Part shown: piece after piece, positions 44,704 through 54,116 of the stretch
How positions within the stretch are numbered: the first letter of the stretch is position 1
Layout of the letters: each line of letters begins with the position of its first letter
IMG/VR virus record: IMGVR_UViG_3300032893_000021
Span: 25,287-89,286 of that record
DNA length: 64,000 nucleotides
From: a virus
Reading direction: 5' to 3' (one strand)
Program-made: the position numbers and the translations under genes
Notes under the pieces: model-generated
The model's input: the letters and a program-made list of their open reading frames with translations, nothing else
The model's database searches: none
What the model was told of the DNA's origin: nothing

Positions 44704-45414
44704 ATGGGAGCCAAGGGGATGACGCTCTACAAGGTCACGGCCCCGGACGGGACGCCGATCCACGGCGGGAGCGGAGCCTGGCCCCTCCCGTCAGTCGACC
44801 GCCTCGGGCGGCACCGCCGGGGCCGCTGGCGAGCCGTCCCGGACGGGCCGCCGCTCGACCCGTGCGCCTTCGGGCTGCACCTGACCGACGCCGAGCATCT
44901 CCTGGGATGGATTCCGCGCCACTCCCAGTTCTCGGTCTGGGAGGCCGAGACGTCCGACGCGGCCGCAATCGACGCCGGTGACAAGATCGTCGTCAGGCGC
45001 GCTCGGCTCGTCAGGCTGGTCGGGACGATCGGGCCCGAGCGAGTGAAGGACTGGGAGGGCTACCGGCGCGTCCGGGCCCCCGCGCCCGGCGCCGGGCTCT
45101 TCGCCGACTTCGAGGACCACCTCGAGAAGATGGAGGCAGCACGGCTCGCGGCGGCCGCGCGGGAGGAGGAGCTCGCCGAGACGGACGCCCTCCGGGCCGC
45201 CGCCCGGGGCCGCCGGATCGTGTTCGGCAAGCACAGGCTACCGGCGGACCAGGCGGTCTGCCAGGCGTGGCCGACTGGCCAGCAGTGGGAGCGGACGATG
45301 CGCGCGCGGACGGACGCCCTCACGCGCTCGATCCTCGGGGTCACCAGGGCGATGGAGCGGCTCGCCGCCCACTCCCCGGAGATGGCGTCGATGGTGTTCG
45401 GGGTGAAGCGATGA
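44704..45414 (+). CDS. phage hypothetical protein (LYKV...CxxGLH family)
   Basis: AGGAGG SD; LYKVT..DG..HGG.G.W...PCAFGLHL...KIVVRRARL; paralog at window end. Confidence 0.65.
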   Translation: MGAKGMTLYKVTAPDGTPIHGGSGAWPLPSVDRLGRHRRGRWRAVPDGPPLDPCAFGLHLTDAEHLLGWIPRHSQFSVWEAETSDAAAIDAGDKIVVRRARLVRLVGTIGPERVKDWEGYRRVRAPAPGAGLFADFEDHLEKMEAARLAAAAREEELAETDALRAAARGRRIVFGKHRLPADQAVCQAWPTGQQWERTMRARTDALTRSILGVTRAMERLAAHSPEMASMVFGVKR

Positions 45415-46469
45415 TGACAGAGGACGAGCCCGCCGGGGCCGGGACGCGCGGCTTCGACGCCACCGCGGCGTTCGAGGCGGAGCGCGCCCACTCGATCGGG
45501 TCGACCGACTCGCCCGCGATCCTCGGGCTGTCGCGCTGGGGGTCGATGCTGACCGTCTGGCGCCGCCTGACGGGGCGGGAGGAGCGGCGGTCGTCCTCGC
45601 TCCCAGCCTGGATCGGGACGCGCATCGAGGGTGTTGTCGACGAGATGTACCGGACCTCGACCGGGAACCCGACGAGGGCCGACAACCTCTGGCACCCGCA
45701 CCCGACCATGCCCGGCATCGGATGCCACATCGACCGCAGGGTCGTGGGCGAGCCGATCGTCGTCGAGCTCAAGACGCGGGCCGGGACGCGCGGCTTCGGG
45801 GACGACGGGTCCTCGGCCGTCCCGCCCGACATCTTCTGCCAGGTCCAGCACCAGATGATGTGCCTCCCGGCCGTCCGCGAGGTCCACGTCGCCGTCCTGT
45901 TCGGCCTGGGCTTCGACTTCCGCGTGCTGCGCGTCCAGCGCGACCCGGAGTTCATCGCCGAGCTGGAGCGGGCGCTGGCCGAGTTCCAGGCCGTGTACCT
46001 CGAGACGGGGGTCGAGCCCCCGGCGGGCGCCACGGAGGCAGACGCGGAGGCGGTCAAGGTCGAGCAGGAGGGCGAGGGGGTCCTCTCCGCAACACCCGAG
46101 CAGGCCGAGGCCCTCGCCGGGCTCCGGGCGGCGGCGCGCGTCTACGCGGCCGCCGCGTACGACCTGGCCCGCGAGAAGAACAGGGCGGTCCAGATGATCG
46201 GGACGGCGGCCGGGATCGTCGGGCCGTTCGGGGTCGTCACCAACAAGGAGCAGGCTGGCCGCCCGGCCCACGCCCGGATCGCGGAGGAGTACAAGGCCGC
46301 GCTCGCCGGGGCGCTGGCGGCCTGGGACGCCCCGCTCGACCCGTCGGCGCCGCTCGCGATCGAGCAGGCCAGGAACACCCTGGAGACGGCCGCCGCCCGC
46401 AACACGGGCCGCCCGTTCCGGGTCCTCAGGATGCAGTGGAGCGACGAGCAGGAAGAGGAGGGCGAGTAG
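45411..46469 (+). CDS. YqaJ-like (lambda exonuclease family) recombination nuclease
   Basis: IGSTDSPAILGLSRW, GTRIE, CHIDR, VELKT, QVQHQM. Confidence 0.9.
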   Translation: MMTEDEPAGAGTRGFDATAAFEAERAHSIGSTDSPAILGLSRWGSMLTVWRRLTGREERRSSSLPAWIGTRIEGVVDEMYRTSTGNPTRADNLWHPHPTMPGIGCHIDRRVVGEPIVVELKTRAGTRGFGDDGSSAVPPDIFCQVQHQMMCLPAVREVHVAVLFGLGFDFRVLRVQRDPEFIAELERALAEFQAVYLETGVEPPAGATEADAEAVKVEQEGEGVLSATPEQAEALAGLRAAARVYAAAAYDLAREKNRAVQMIGTAAGIVGPFGVVTNKEQAGRPAHARIAEEYKAALAGALAAWDAPLDPSAPLAIEQARNTLETAAARNTGRPFRVLRMQWSDEQEEEGE

Positions 46470-46470
46470 A

Positions 46471-47502
46471 ATGGCACGACCGGAAGCGGGCGCCCCGCCC
46501 GTCAGGTCCTCGGCGGTCGCGACGCGGCCGAGGGACTCCCAGATCGAGACGTACAGGTCGATCGCCGACCTGATGAGGCGCCCGGACCGATGGGCGGACC
46601 TGGTCGCGATGACCGGCTCCGTCGAGGCCGCCGAGCGGTTCCTCTCGGTCGCGATGTCGTACATCGCGTCCGGCCGGGACCTCCTCGACTCGACGCCCGA
46701 GTCGCTCATCCAGGCGATCAAGGACGCCGCCGTCCTGGGCCTCGAGCCGACCGGCGTGGCGGGAGAGGCGGCCATCGTCACCTACGCCGGGGTGGCCCGC
46801 CTCCAGCCGATGTACCGGGGAATCCTCAAGCGGGTCCGCAACACCCAGCAGGTGGACTTCATCGACTGCCCGCCGCCGGTCATGGAGGCCGACGAGTTCG
46901 AGTACGGCTGGACCGAGCGCGGCTTCTGGTTCCGGCACAACCCGGACAAGCTCGACCTCGGGGCGGCCCCGGACGGGACGCCGCGCGGCCGGGGCGGATA
47001 CGTCAAGTTCTACGCCTACGCCGTGATGCCCTCGGGCTACGTCCACGGCGAGGTCATGGCCGACTCCGAGGTCCGCGAGGTCCGGGACCAGTACTCGAGG
47101 GCGTACCAGAGATGGCTCAGAGACCAGACGAAGGAGCCGCCGCCCTGGGTCAAGTCCTACGCCGAGATGGGACGCAAGACGGTCCTCCTCAGGATGGGCA
47201 AGCGGATGCCCCAGTCGGCGTTCGACCAGCGCCTGCTCGAGCTCGACGCGATGGCCGAGCGGGCAGCCGACGACGCGACGGCGACGGTCCGCAGGATCGA
47301 CGTGACGAGCGCCCGCCAGCGCGCCATCGAGGCGGCCCGCGGCCTCCCGGCCCCGGCCTCGAGGCAGCTCCCGGCCGGGGAGGCGGCCGCCGCCGAGGCC
47401 CAGGCAGCGCAGACGGAGGAGGAGATGCTCGCCGACGCTCGTGCCGCGACCGAGGTGGCGGCACGGCCCGACCAGGGGCAGGAGGAGCCGCTCGACTTCT
47501 AG
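46471..47502 (+). CDS. recT: RecT-family ssDNA annealing protein
   Basis: TPESL..A...AA.LGLEP, MYRG, YAYA, W...YAEMGRKTVL.R..K.MP; follows YqaJ. Confidence 0.9.
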   Translation: MARPEAGAPPVRSSAVATRPRDSQIETYRSIADLMRRPDRWADLVAMTGSVEAAERFLSVAMSYIASGRDLLDSTPESLIQAIKDAAVLGLEPTGVAGEAAIVTYAGVARLQPMYRGILKRVRNTQQVDFIDCPPPVMEADEFEYGWTERGFWFRHNPDKLDLGAAPDGTPRGRGGYVKFYAYAVMPSGYVHGEVMADSEVREVRDQYSRAYQRWLRDQTKEPPPWVKSYAEMGRKTVLLRMGKRMPQSAFDQRLLELDAMAERAADDATATVRRIDVTSARQRAIEAARGLPAPASRQLPAGEAAAAEAQAAQTEEEMLADARAATEVAARPDQGQEEPLDF

Positions 47503-47710
47503 CGCGACCGCCGCGCGCCCGCGCCGCCCGGGTGGTAGGATGGGCGGACCGCCTGCGCCGTCCCCGCGAGGGACGCCCCCGGCGGCGCGTGGAAACGGGC
47601 GCGATAGCGGGTCCGGTGCTGACACCGCCGGGCCCGCACCGTCTCCGCCCCTTGTGTCAGGAGGGAACGATGGACCACTCGACCCCAGGCGCCACGTCAG
47701 GGCGCGTCCC

Positions 47711-48646
47711 GTGAGCCAGTACGACCCCGTGGAGGTGGCCACGGTCTACATCGCCATGTTCGCCGCCCGCCTCGACGACCACGCCTTCTGGCGCCCCACG
47801 CCGGACGGCGAGGCGGAGGGCCACTGGGAGCGGGCCCGGCGCCCGCTGACGCCCGAGGCGGCGCTCGGCGGCCTGCGCGGGGACAAGCCCGTCTCGTCCT
47901 ACATGGAGGACGCCGTCGGGGCGACCCACGTCGGAGCCGTGGACTTCGACACCGAGGACGGCTACGCGCGGGGCCTCGAGGTCGCTGGCGTGATGGCGCG
48001 CGCCGGGGCGTACCCGATGCTCGAGAGGTCGAGGCGCGGCTGCCATCTCTGGGTCGTCATCGACGACCAGGTGCCGGGGCAGGCCATGCGGCTCGCGCTG
48101 CGCTGGTGGACCGGTCAGGCGAACGCCCACTGGGCCCGTGACCCGAAGGTCGAGATCCTCCCGAAGCGGCTCGAGCAGCGCGGCCCGGACACGGTCGGCA
48201 GCCCGCTCCGCATGCCGATGATGCCGCACCCGGTGGCAGGGCGCCGCTGGCCCCTCCTGAGGGCCGACGGGACGCGCCTCGGCGAGTCCGTCTCGGCGAC
48301 CCTCCTCGCGGTCGACCAGACACCGGCCGGTCTCGTGCGCGAGGCCGCCGAGCGGGCCCCGCTGCCGCCGGACGAGTGCAGGATTCCCGCCTGGGCCAGG
48401 CCGGTGGCCCGCGAGCCCGGCGACTGCGTCCAGGTCCTCGAGGCCGCCGGGGTGGCCCGCGCGGTCCCGGGACGCGGCTGCCGATGCCCGCTCCACGACG
48501 ACCGGGTCGCGTCCCTCTCGATCGCCCGGGACGGCGAGCGCGTCTGGTGCAAGTCGCCGTCCTGCGTCGCCTACAACAACGGCCGCGGCCTGGGGGCCGA
48601 CCAGCTCGCCCGGGCGCTGGGCGAGCTGGCGGCGGCACCGGCATGA
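47711..48646 (+). CDS. AEP-superfamily primase with C-terminal Zn finger
   Basis: AVDFD, LERSRRGCHLW, VEILPK, GSPLRMP; CPLHDDRVASLSI...WCKSPSC. Confidence 0.8.
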   Translation: MSQYDPVEVATVYIAMFAARLDDHAFWRPTPDGEAEGHWERARRPLTPEAALGGLRGDKPVSSYMEDAVGATHVGAVDFDTEDGYARGLEVAGVMARAGAYPMLERSRRGCHLWVVIDDQVPGQAMRLALRWWTGQANAHWARDPKVEILPKRLEQRGPDTVGSPLRMPMMPHPVAGRRWPLLRADGTRLGESVSATLLAVDQTPAGLVREAAERAPLPPDECRIPAWARPVAREPGDCVQVLEAAGVARAVPGRGCRCPLHDDRVASLSIARDGERVWCKSPSCVAYNNGRGLGADQLARALGELAAAPA

Positions 48647-49617
48647 CCACCACGACGCTGGCGGCCGCCAACCCGGTCATCGCCTCGTCGGTCGCGTTCC
48701 GCGACATGCGGCGCGCGGACCTCGAGCGGCACTACGCCGCCGTCCCCTGGACGACGCCGCGGTTCTACCAGAGCCCGACGGTCCTGGCTGGCGGCGGCTC
48801 GCAGTACAGGGCGGCGTTCGTCGAGGGCTGCCTCGCGATCCTCAAGTGGAAGCAGTTCTACTCCCAGCTCGTGGCGTACGCCTTCCTCCCGCCCATGTCA
48901 CCGACCGGCGACGCCGCAGACGAGAGGCGGGCCCTCGCCGAGCTCCGGGCCCGCGGGTTCGGCGTCATGCTCACGGCCGAGGACGGGCGGCGCCTGGACG
49001 TGCCCGCGTCCGACCTCGAGCCGGTCCCGTGGAACACCGAGTACATCTACCGGGCGTCCCATCTGGCGAGGCTCGAGGGCGGCGACTGGGCGAAGCTCAG
49101 GACGTACCGCAACCGGGCCCACCGGGACGGCTACCGCTGCGAGGACTCGCCCGCGGCCTCCACCGGCAACGAGGACATCCTCCGCCTGACGAAGGACTGG
49201 GTGGCGTACCGCCGCAAGGGCGGCGCGATGACGGGCTACATCAGGGCCCTCGGCTGGTGGCCCGCGACGCGCGTCTTCCGGATGTACGACCGCGACGGGG
49301 GCCTGGCCGCGTTCTCCTACACCGAGGACCTCGGCCCGGCGGGCACCGTCATCACCGGGCGCCTCCGCGACTACGCGCGGACCCTCATCCACGACCCGAT
49401 GCAGCTGATCGCCCACCACGAGGCCCTATGGGAGCTCGAGAACCGCGGCGACCGGCTGATGAACCTGGGGGCGGCGGACCCCGTCGGGGGCCCCGGCCTC
49501 CGCTACCACAAGATCGCCCTCAACCCGGTGTCCACCCAGCAGATATACCGCCTCGCGGCGACCGGCGACCCCGGCGCGGAGCCCGGGGCCGGAGAGGAGC
49601 AGATGGCGCTATGGTGA
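48643..49617 (+). CDS. DUF2156 / MprF C-terminal-like GNAT-fold transferase
   Basis: EYIYRASHLARLEGGDWAKLRTYRNR and MNLG...GLRYHKIALNP match the DYxY..L..L.G....KR..N and N...GLR..K...P signatures of DUF2156. Confidence 0.7.
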   Translation: MTTTTLAAANPVIASSVAFRDMRRADLERHYAAVPWTTPRFYQSPTVLAGGGSQYRAAFVEGCLAILKWKQFYSQLVAYAFLPPMSPTGDAADERRALAELRARGFGVMLTAEDGRRLDVPASDLEPVPWNTEYIYRASHLARLEGGDWAKLRTYRNRAHRDGYRCEDSPAASTGNEDILRLTKDWVAYRRKGGAMTGYIRALGWWPATRVFRMYDRDGGLAAFSYTEDLGPAGTVITGRLRDYARTLIHDPMQLIAHHEALWELENRGDRLMNLGAADPVGGPGLRYHKIALNPVSTQQIYRLAATGDPGAEPGAGEEQMALW

Positions 49618-50150
49618 CGGTCAGGGTGTCCGGCGCCCAGTTGCGGCAGCGGTTCGACGGCTGCCAGCCGGACTTCGTGGCGAACGTCTGCCACGGCATG
49701 TGCTGCTGCCCGACCAAGGGACCGGCGATGCCGGTCATCGTCGTGGCGCGGATCGGGGCCGGGACCTGGAGGCGGACGCCGGGGGAGGACGACATCCGCA
49801 TCACGCGGGACGCCTTGTGCCCGCACTTCGTCGACTACCGGTGCGGCCTCCACGGCGACCCCGAGAAGCCGATGGGCTGCCTCGTCGCCCCGTTCTACAT
49901 CAGCGAGCACGGCCTCCTCGGGGTGCGCAACAGGTACAGGCGGTTCCCGTGCTTCAACGGCGGCGCTCGCCTGCCCGCCTACGTCGCCTTCAGGTCCGGG
50001 CTCGACAGCATCTTCGGGCGCGAGGCGGCCCAGGGGGTCGCCGACGCCGCTGAGGCCGGGGTGGGTATCTTCACGGCCGAGATTCCCGACGGGGCCTACG
50101 CCGCCCTGAAGGAGGTCCAGAGGATCGAGAGTTCCCCGTGGGTCAGATGA
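49611..50150 (+). CDS. YkgJ/CxxCxxCC-like Cys-cluster (Fe-S or Zn) protein
   Basis: C...CHGMCCC...CPHF..RCGLH...KP.GC..APF. Confidence 0.7.
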   Translation: MVTVRVSGAQLRQRFDGCQPDFVANVCHGMCCCPTKGPAMPVIVVARIGAGTWRRTPGEDDIRITRDALCPHFVDYRCGLHGDPEKPMGCLVAPFYISEHGLLGVRNRYRRFPCFNGGARLPAYVAFRSGLDSIFGREAAQGVADAAEAGVGIFTAEIPDGAYAALKEVQRIESSPWVR

Positions 50151-51064
50151 CGATGTCGCTCGAGTCGCCGGGCCGCGGGCCCTGGGTCTGCGAGCGCTGC
50201 GGGAAGTCCGTCCCCGCCGGTCCGGTCGTCCCGAGCCGCGCCGACAAGGGCCTCGCGCACGGCCAGTGCTACGCCTGCGACGACGCCACGCGCTGGCGCC
50301 GGGCCGAGCCGCTGACGCCGGTCGAGCAGTACGGCGAGTTCTACGTGAAGCGCGACGACGCCTACGAGCGCGCGGGCGTCCGGGGCGGCAAGGTCAGGAC
50401 CTGCTGGCGGCTCGCCCAGGGCGCGGTCGGGCTCGTCACGGCCGGGAGCAGGAGCAGCCCGCAAGTCAACATCGTCGCCCACATCGCCCGGGAGCTCGGA
50501 GTCCCCTGCAGGGTCCATACCCCGCAGGGCGAGCTGTCCCCCGAGGTCGCGGACGCGGCCGCCTGCGGCGCCGAGGTCGTCCAGCACCCGGCCGGGTACA
50601 ACAGCGTCATCACGGCGCGGGCCCGGGACGACGCGGCGTCCCTCGGCTGGACCCTGATCCCGTTCGGGATGGAATGCGAGGAGGCGGTCCGGGCGACGGC
50701 GTCCCAGGCCGACCTGCCGCCCGGCGTCCGTCGGGTGATCGTCCCGGTCGGGAGCGGCATGACGCTGGCGGGCATCCTGACCGGGCTGGCGCGCCATGCC
50801 AGCAGGACGCCGGTGGTGGGGGTCTCGGTCGGGGCCGACCCGACGGCCCGGCTCCAGCGCTGGGCGCCCGACTACCCCGGGCTCGAGATCGTCCCGCCCT
50901 CGTCCGACTACCACGCCCCGGCGCCGTCGCGCGTCTCGATCGGGGGCGCCGACCTCGTCCTCGACCCGCACTACGAGGCCAAGGCGGCCGCCTGGCTCGG
51001 GCCGCGCCTGGAACCGGGCGACCTCCTATGGGTGGTCGGCATCCGGAGGACGGCCGAGGGATGA
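50147..51064 (+). CDS. fold-type-II PLP-dependent enzyme (ACC deaminase/D-cysteine desulfhydrase-like)
   Basis: LTPVE, YVKRDD...GGKVR, VPVGSGMTLAGI, LDPHYEAK. Confidence 0.85.
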   Translation: MTMSLESPGRGPWVCERCGKSVPAGPVVPSRADKGLAHGQCYACDDATRWRRAEPLTPVEQYGEFYVKRDDAYERAGVRGGKVRTCWRLAQGAVGLVTAGSRSSPQVNIVAHIARELGVPCRVHTPQGELSPEVADAAACGAEVVQHPAGYNSVITARARDDAASLGWTLIPFGMECEEAVRATASQADLPPGVRRVIVPVGSGMTLAGILTGLARHASRTPVVGVSVGADPTARLQRWAPDYPGLEIVPPSSDYHAPAPSRVSIGGADLVLDPHYEAKAAAWLGPRLEPGDLLWVVGIRRTAEG

Positions 51065-52467
51065 CGGACAAGCCAGCGATCCCCGAGGGGCTCTCCGAGT
51101 CGCCGTTCGGGCTGCGCTACCACGTCCCCGAGGTCAGGGTCCTCGTCGAGATCATCGACCTCCGCCGGAAGTCGGGCGAGCTATGGGGCGAGATGACCGT
51201 CCGCTGCAACCTCGAGGGCGTCCGGGCCCAGCTCGACGGCAACCGCCTCAGGCAGGGGAACTTCAACTTCTCGTCCGTCTCGACCCGCAAGATATGGGCC
51301 AACGCCCTCGACGACATGACGGGCGAGGCCTTCCGCAAGACGGGCTGGCAGTGGGCCAACCTGATGGAGCGCATCTGCCAGTCCGTCCTCGACCACGAGC
51401 GCGAGGGGACCGTCCGCGGCGGGTTCATCACCGGCGAGAGGATCGCGGCCGGTGGGCGGCCCTGGGCGGCGTTCCCGATCGTTCCCCACGGCGAGATGGC
51501 CACGCTCTTCTCGCGCGGCGGGTCGGGGAAGACGCAGCTGGCGTACTGCCTGGCCTTCGGCATGGCACTCGGCAGGTCCGTCATCGAGGGGGTGCGGGTC
51601 GACCGCCCGTACCGGGTGGCCATCCTCGACTGGGAGACGAGCAAGGAGACGGCAGACGACATCTGGGGCATCATCTCCGAGACCACCGGGATCCGCGTCC
51701 CGGAGGGCATCTGGTACGAGCCGATGGACACGCCGCTCGAGCGCGGGCTCCCCAAGATCGCGACGGTCCTCGAGCGCTCCCGGGCGAACCTGGTCATCGT
51801 CGACTCGGTCGAGATGGCCCTGCTGTCCTCGTCCGAGGGGGCCGGGGACCCGGCCGACTCGATCACCCGCGTCTACCAGAGCCTCCGGCGGCTGGGGACC
51901 TGGGGCCTGATGATCGACCACGTGACGGGGGGCGACCTCAGGTCCCGGAAGGTCGCCCTCAAGGCGTACGGCAGCATCTTCCGGATGAACCTCGCCCGCC
52001 ACGCGATCGCGCTGCACGTCGGCCAGCGGTCGGGGGACACCTCCGAGGCGTACCTCGTCTGCGTCAAGTCGAACCTCTACCGCGACCGCTGGGCTATGCC
52101 GGGGACGCTCCTGCGGTCCGACGACGAGCTCTCGTGGTCCTTCGGCGACGCCGACTACGGCCTCTACGACCGCCTCCTGTCGTCCGGCGACACGACCGCC
52201 TCCGACGCCCCCGTCGGGGAGGGTGCGTACCAGGGTACGATGAGCGCCGGTGACAGGTTCCTCCGCGTCCTGCTCGACGCCGGTCCGGCCGGTCTGACCA
52301 TCGCCGGGATCTCAGAGCAGGCGCGCTACAAGTCGACGGCGTACATCCGCAAGGTCATGAATTCGTACGAGGGCATGGGGCTGGTCAGGGCCTACGACGG
52401 GCCAGGGCCGACCAGGGAGAAGCTCTGGACGCTGACGCCGGACGGCGTCTCGGCGATCGGCGAGTGA
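51061..52467 (+). CDS. RecA-fold/AAA replicative helicase with C-terminal winged helix
   Basis: Walker A GGSGKT, ILDWE, Walker B LVIVDS, IDH, YGS. Confidence 0.85.
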   Translation: MTDKPAIPEGLSESPFGLRYHVPEVRVLVEIIDLRRKSGELWGEMTVRCNLEGVRAQLDGNRLRQGNFNFSSVSTRKIWANALDDMTGEAFRKTGWQWANLMERICQSVLDHEREGTVRGGFITGERIAAGGRPWAAFPIVPHGEMATLFSRGGSGKTQLAYCLAFGMALGRSVIEGVRVDRPYRVAILDWETSKETADDIWGIISETTGIRVPEGIWYEPMDTPLERGLPKIATVLERSRANLVIVDSVEMALLSSSEGAGDPADSITRVYQSLRRLGTWGLMIDHVTGGDLRSRKVALKAYGSIFRMNLARHAIALHVGQRSGDTSEAYLVCVKSNLYRDRWAMPGTLLRSDDELSWSFGDADYGLYDRLLSSGDTTASDAPVGEGAYQGTMSAGDRFLRVLLDAGPAGLTIAGISEQARYKSTAYIRKVMNSYEGMGLVRAYDGPGPTREKLWTLTPDGVSAIGE

Positions 52468-52477
52468 CAACGATGGA

Positions 52478-52660
52478 GGGTACGCACCCGGGTACGAAGC
52501 GGATGATTCACGGGCTGGTTGAGGGGCCATCGTACCCATCGTACCCAGGGTACGTACCCCTCCTGCCCGCCGGGGCCCCGCCTCGTGCGCGCGTGCGCGA
52601 CGGGAGAGGGTATATACCCTGGCCACCCCCTTTCAGGGGGTGTGGCCCTGGGGTACGTTG
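52478..52660. repeat. cluster of GGGTAC/GTACCC repeats and palindromes; probable replication origin
   Basis: GGGTAC at 52478, 52490, 52651; GTACCC at 52532, 52541; palindromes GGGTACGTACCC (52548) and GGGTATATACCC (52608); directly after the helicase. Confidence 0.6.
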
Positions 52661-52792
52661 GGATCGAGTCGGCTCCTGGGGCTGTCGGCTGGCCCGACTC
52701 GGCTTGTTGCCGGGAACGGGAGCCGACTCGGCCCAGCAGGGCCGGTCGGCGCTCTGTCGAGGAGAGAGGTAGGATGGATCGGATGGGAGAGC

Positions 52793-54106
52793 ATGCCTGA
52801 CGAGTTCGACCCCCGGATGGGGATGGAGAAGGCCGAGGGCTTCGGGGTCGCCCGCAACCAGATCAGGGACCTCAACTACATGGCGAAGCGGGAGGCCGCC
52901 AGGCGGGCCGAGGAGGGCGCCGCCGCGAAGGCCGTGTTCGGCGAGCCGGAGACGTTCACCAGCCGGGCCGGGGCGATCGTCACCAGGTACGCCGCGCCGC
53001 CCTTCTCGGTCCTCGACACACGGCAGGGCTACTGGCAGGAGAGGCGCCGCAAGTGGCTCGCCCTCGGGATCAAGTCGGAGCTCGGCCGGGGCGAGGCCGG
53101 TGCCCTGAAGATCAGCAAGGCGGTGTCCGACACGGCCGGGCTCGACATCCACCCGTCGATGGCGCCCGGCTCGGCCCGGGCGTTCGGCGTCGACCTGATG
53201 AGGGGCGAGACGGACGGGCGGGACGCGGGCTACAACTACGCGGCCCACAAGCGCCGGGCGCCCGGGACCGGGGCGATCCCCATGACCGGGCTGGCGGGCG
53301 ACTGGAACAAGGACATGCGGGCCGGGCCCGAGGCCGACCCTACGATGCCGATGGACGGCGCGGACGAGGTGGAGGGCCCGTCGGCGCCGGGGACCAGCAT
53401 CTTCGACCCGGTCCTCTGCGAGCTCGCCTACCGCTGGTGGTGCCCGCCCGGCGGGGCTGTCCTCGACCCGTTCGCGGGCGGCTCGGTCCGCGGCGTGGTG
53501 GCCGCGATGCTGGGCCACCCGTACACGGGGATCGACCTGTCCCGGGCCCAGGTCGAGGCCAACCGCGAGCAGGCGGCCCAGATCGTCCCGCCCGGGCTGC
53601 CGATGCCGACCTGGATCGTGGGGGACAGCCACCTCGTCCTCGAGTCGCTCGGGGAGGACGAGTACGACGCGGTGTTCACGTGCCCGCCGTACTACGACCT
53701 CGAGGTCTACTCGGACGACCCGGCCGACCTCTCCAACCTCCCGACGTACGGCGGGTTCGCGGTCCGGTACCGGGAGATCCTCGAGAAGGCGGCGGCCCGC
53801 CTCCGGACCGGCCGGTTCGCGACCGTCGTCGTCTCCGAGGTCCGCGACAAGACGGGCGCCTACGTGGGGCTCGTCCCGGACACCATCCGGGCCCTCCAGC
53901 TCGCCGGGCTCAGGTACTACAACGAGGCTGTCCTCGTCAACGTGGCCGGGTCGCTGCCGCTGAGGGTCCAGGGCCAGTTCGAGGCCGGGCGCAAGCTCGG
54001 CCGGATGCACCAGAACGTCATCTCGGCCGTCAAGGGGGACGCCCCGCGCGGCTGGGACCACGCACGGGAGGAGCCGCCCGACCCGCAGATGGGCCTGGGG
54101 CTGTAG
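52793..54106 (+). CDS. DNA amino-methyltransferase (N6A/N4C-type) family protein
   Basis: PPFSVLD...W..R...W, SIFDPVLCE, VLDPFAGGSVRG (motif I), FTCPPYYDLEVYS (motif IV). Confidence 0.85.
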   Translation: MPDEFDPRMGMEKAEGFGVARNQIRDLNYMAKREAARRAEEGAAAKAVFGEPETFTSRAGAIVTRYAAPPFSVLDTRQGYWQERRRKWLALGIKSELGRGEAGALKISKAVSDTAGLDIHPSMAPGSARAFGVDLMRGETDGRDAGYNYAAHKRRAPGTGAIPMTGLAGDWNKDMRAGPEADPTMPMDGADEVEGPSAPGTSIFDPVLCELAYRWWCPPGGAVLDPFAGGSVRGVVAAMLGHPYTGIDLSRAQVEANREQAAQIVPPGLPMPTWIVGDSHLVLESLGEDEYDAVFTCPPYYDLEVYSDDPADLSNLPTYGGFAVRYREILEKAAARLRTGRFATVVVSEVRDKTGAYVGLVPDTIRALQLAGLRYYNEAVLVNVAGSLPLRVQGQFEAGRKLGRMHQNVISAVKGDAPRGWDHAREEPPDPQMGLGL

Positions 54107-54116
54107 GAGGCGCGAG

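Noticed and set aside
47503-47710. tRNA gene
   Set aside because: No T-loop GTTCGA motif or cloverleaf of correct dimensions; retained only as a possible leader RNA
52464-52772. 102-aa ORF after the helicase
   Set aside because: Coupled start is plausible, but the product is low-complexity and dictated by the GTAC repeats; origin interpretation preferred
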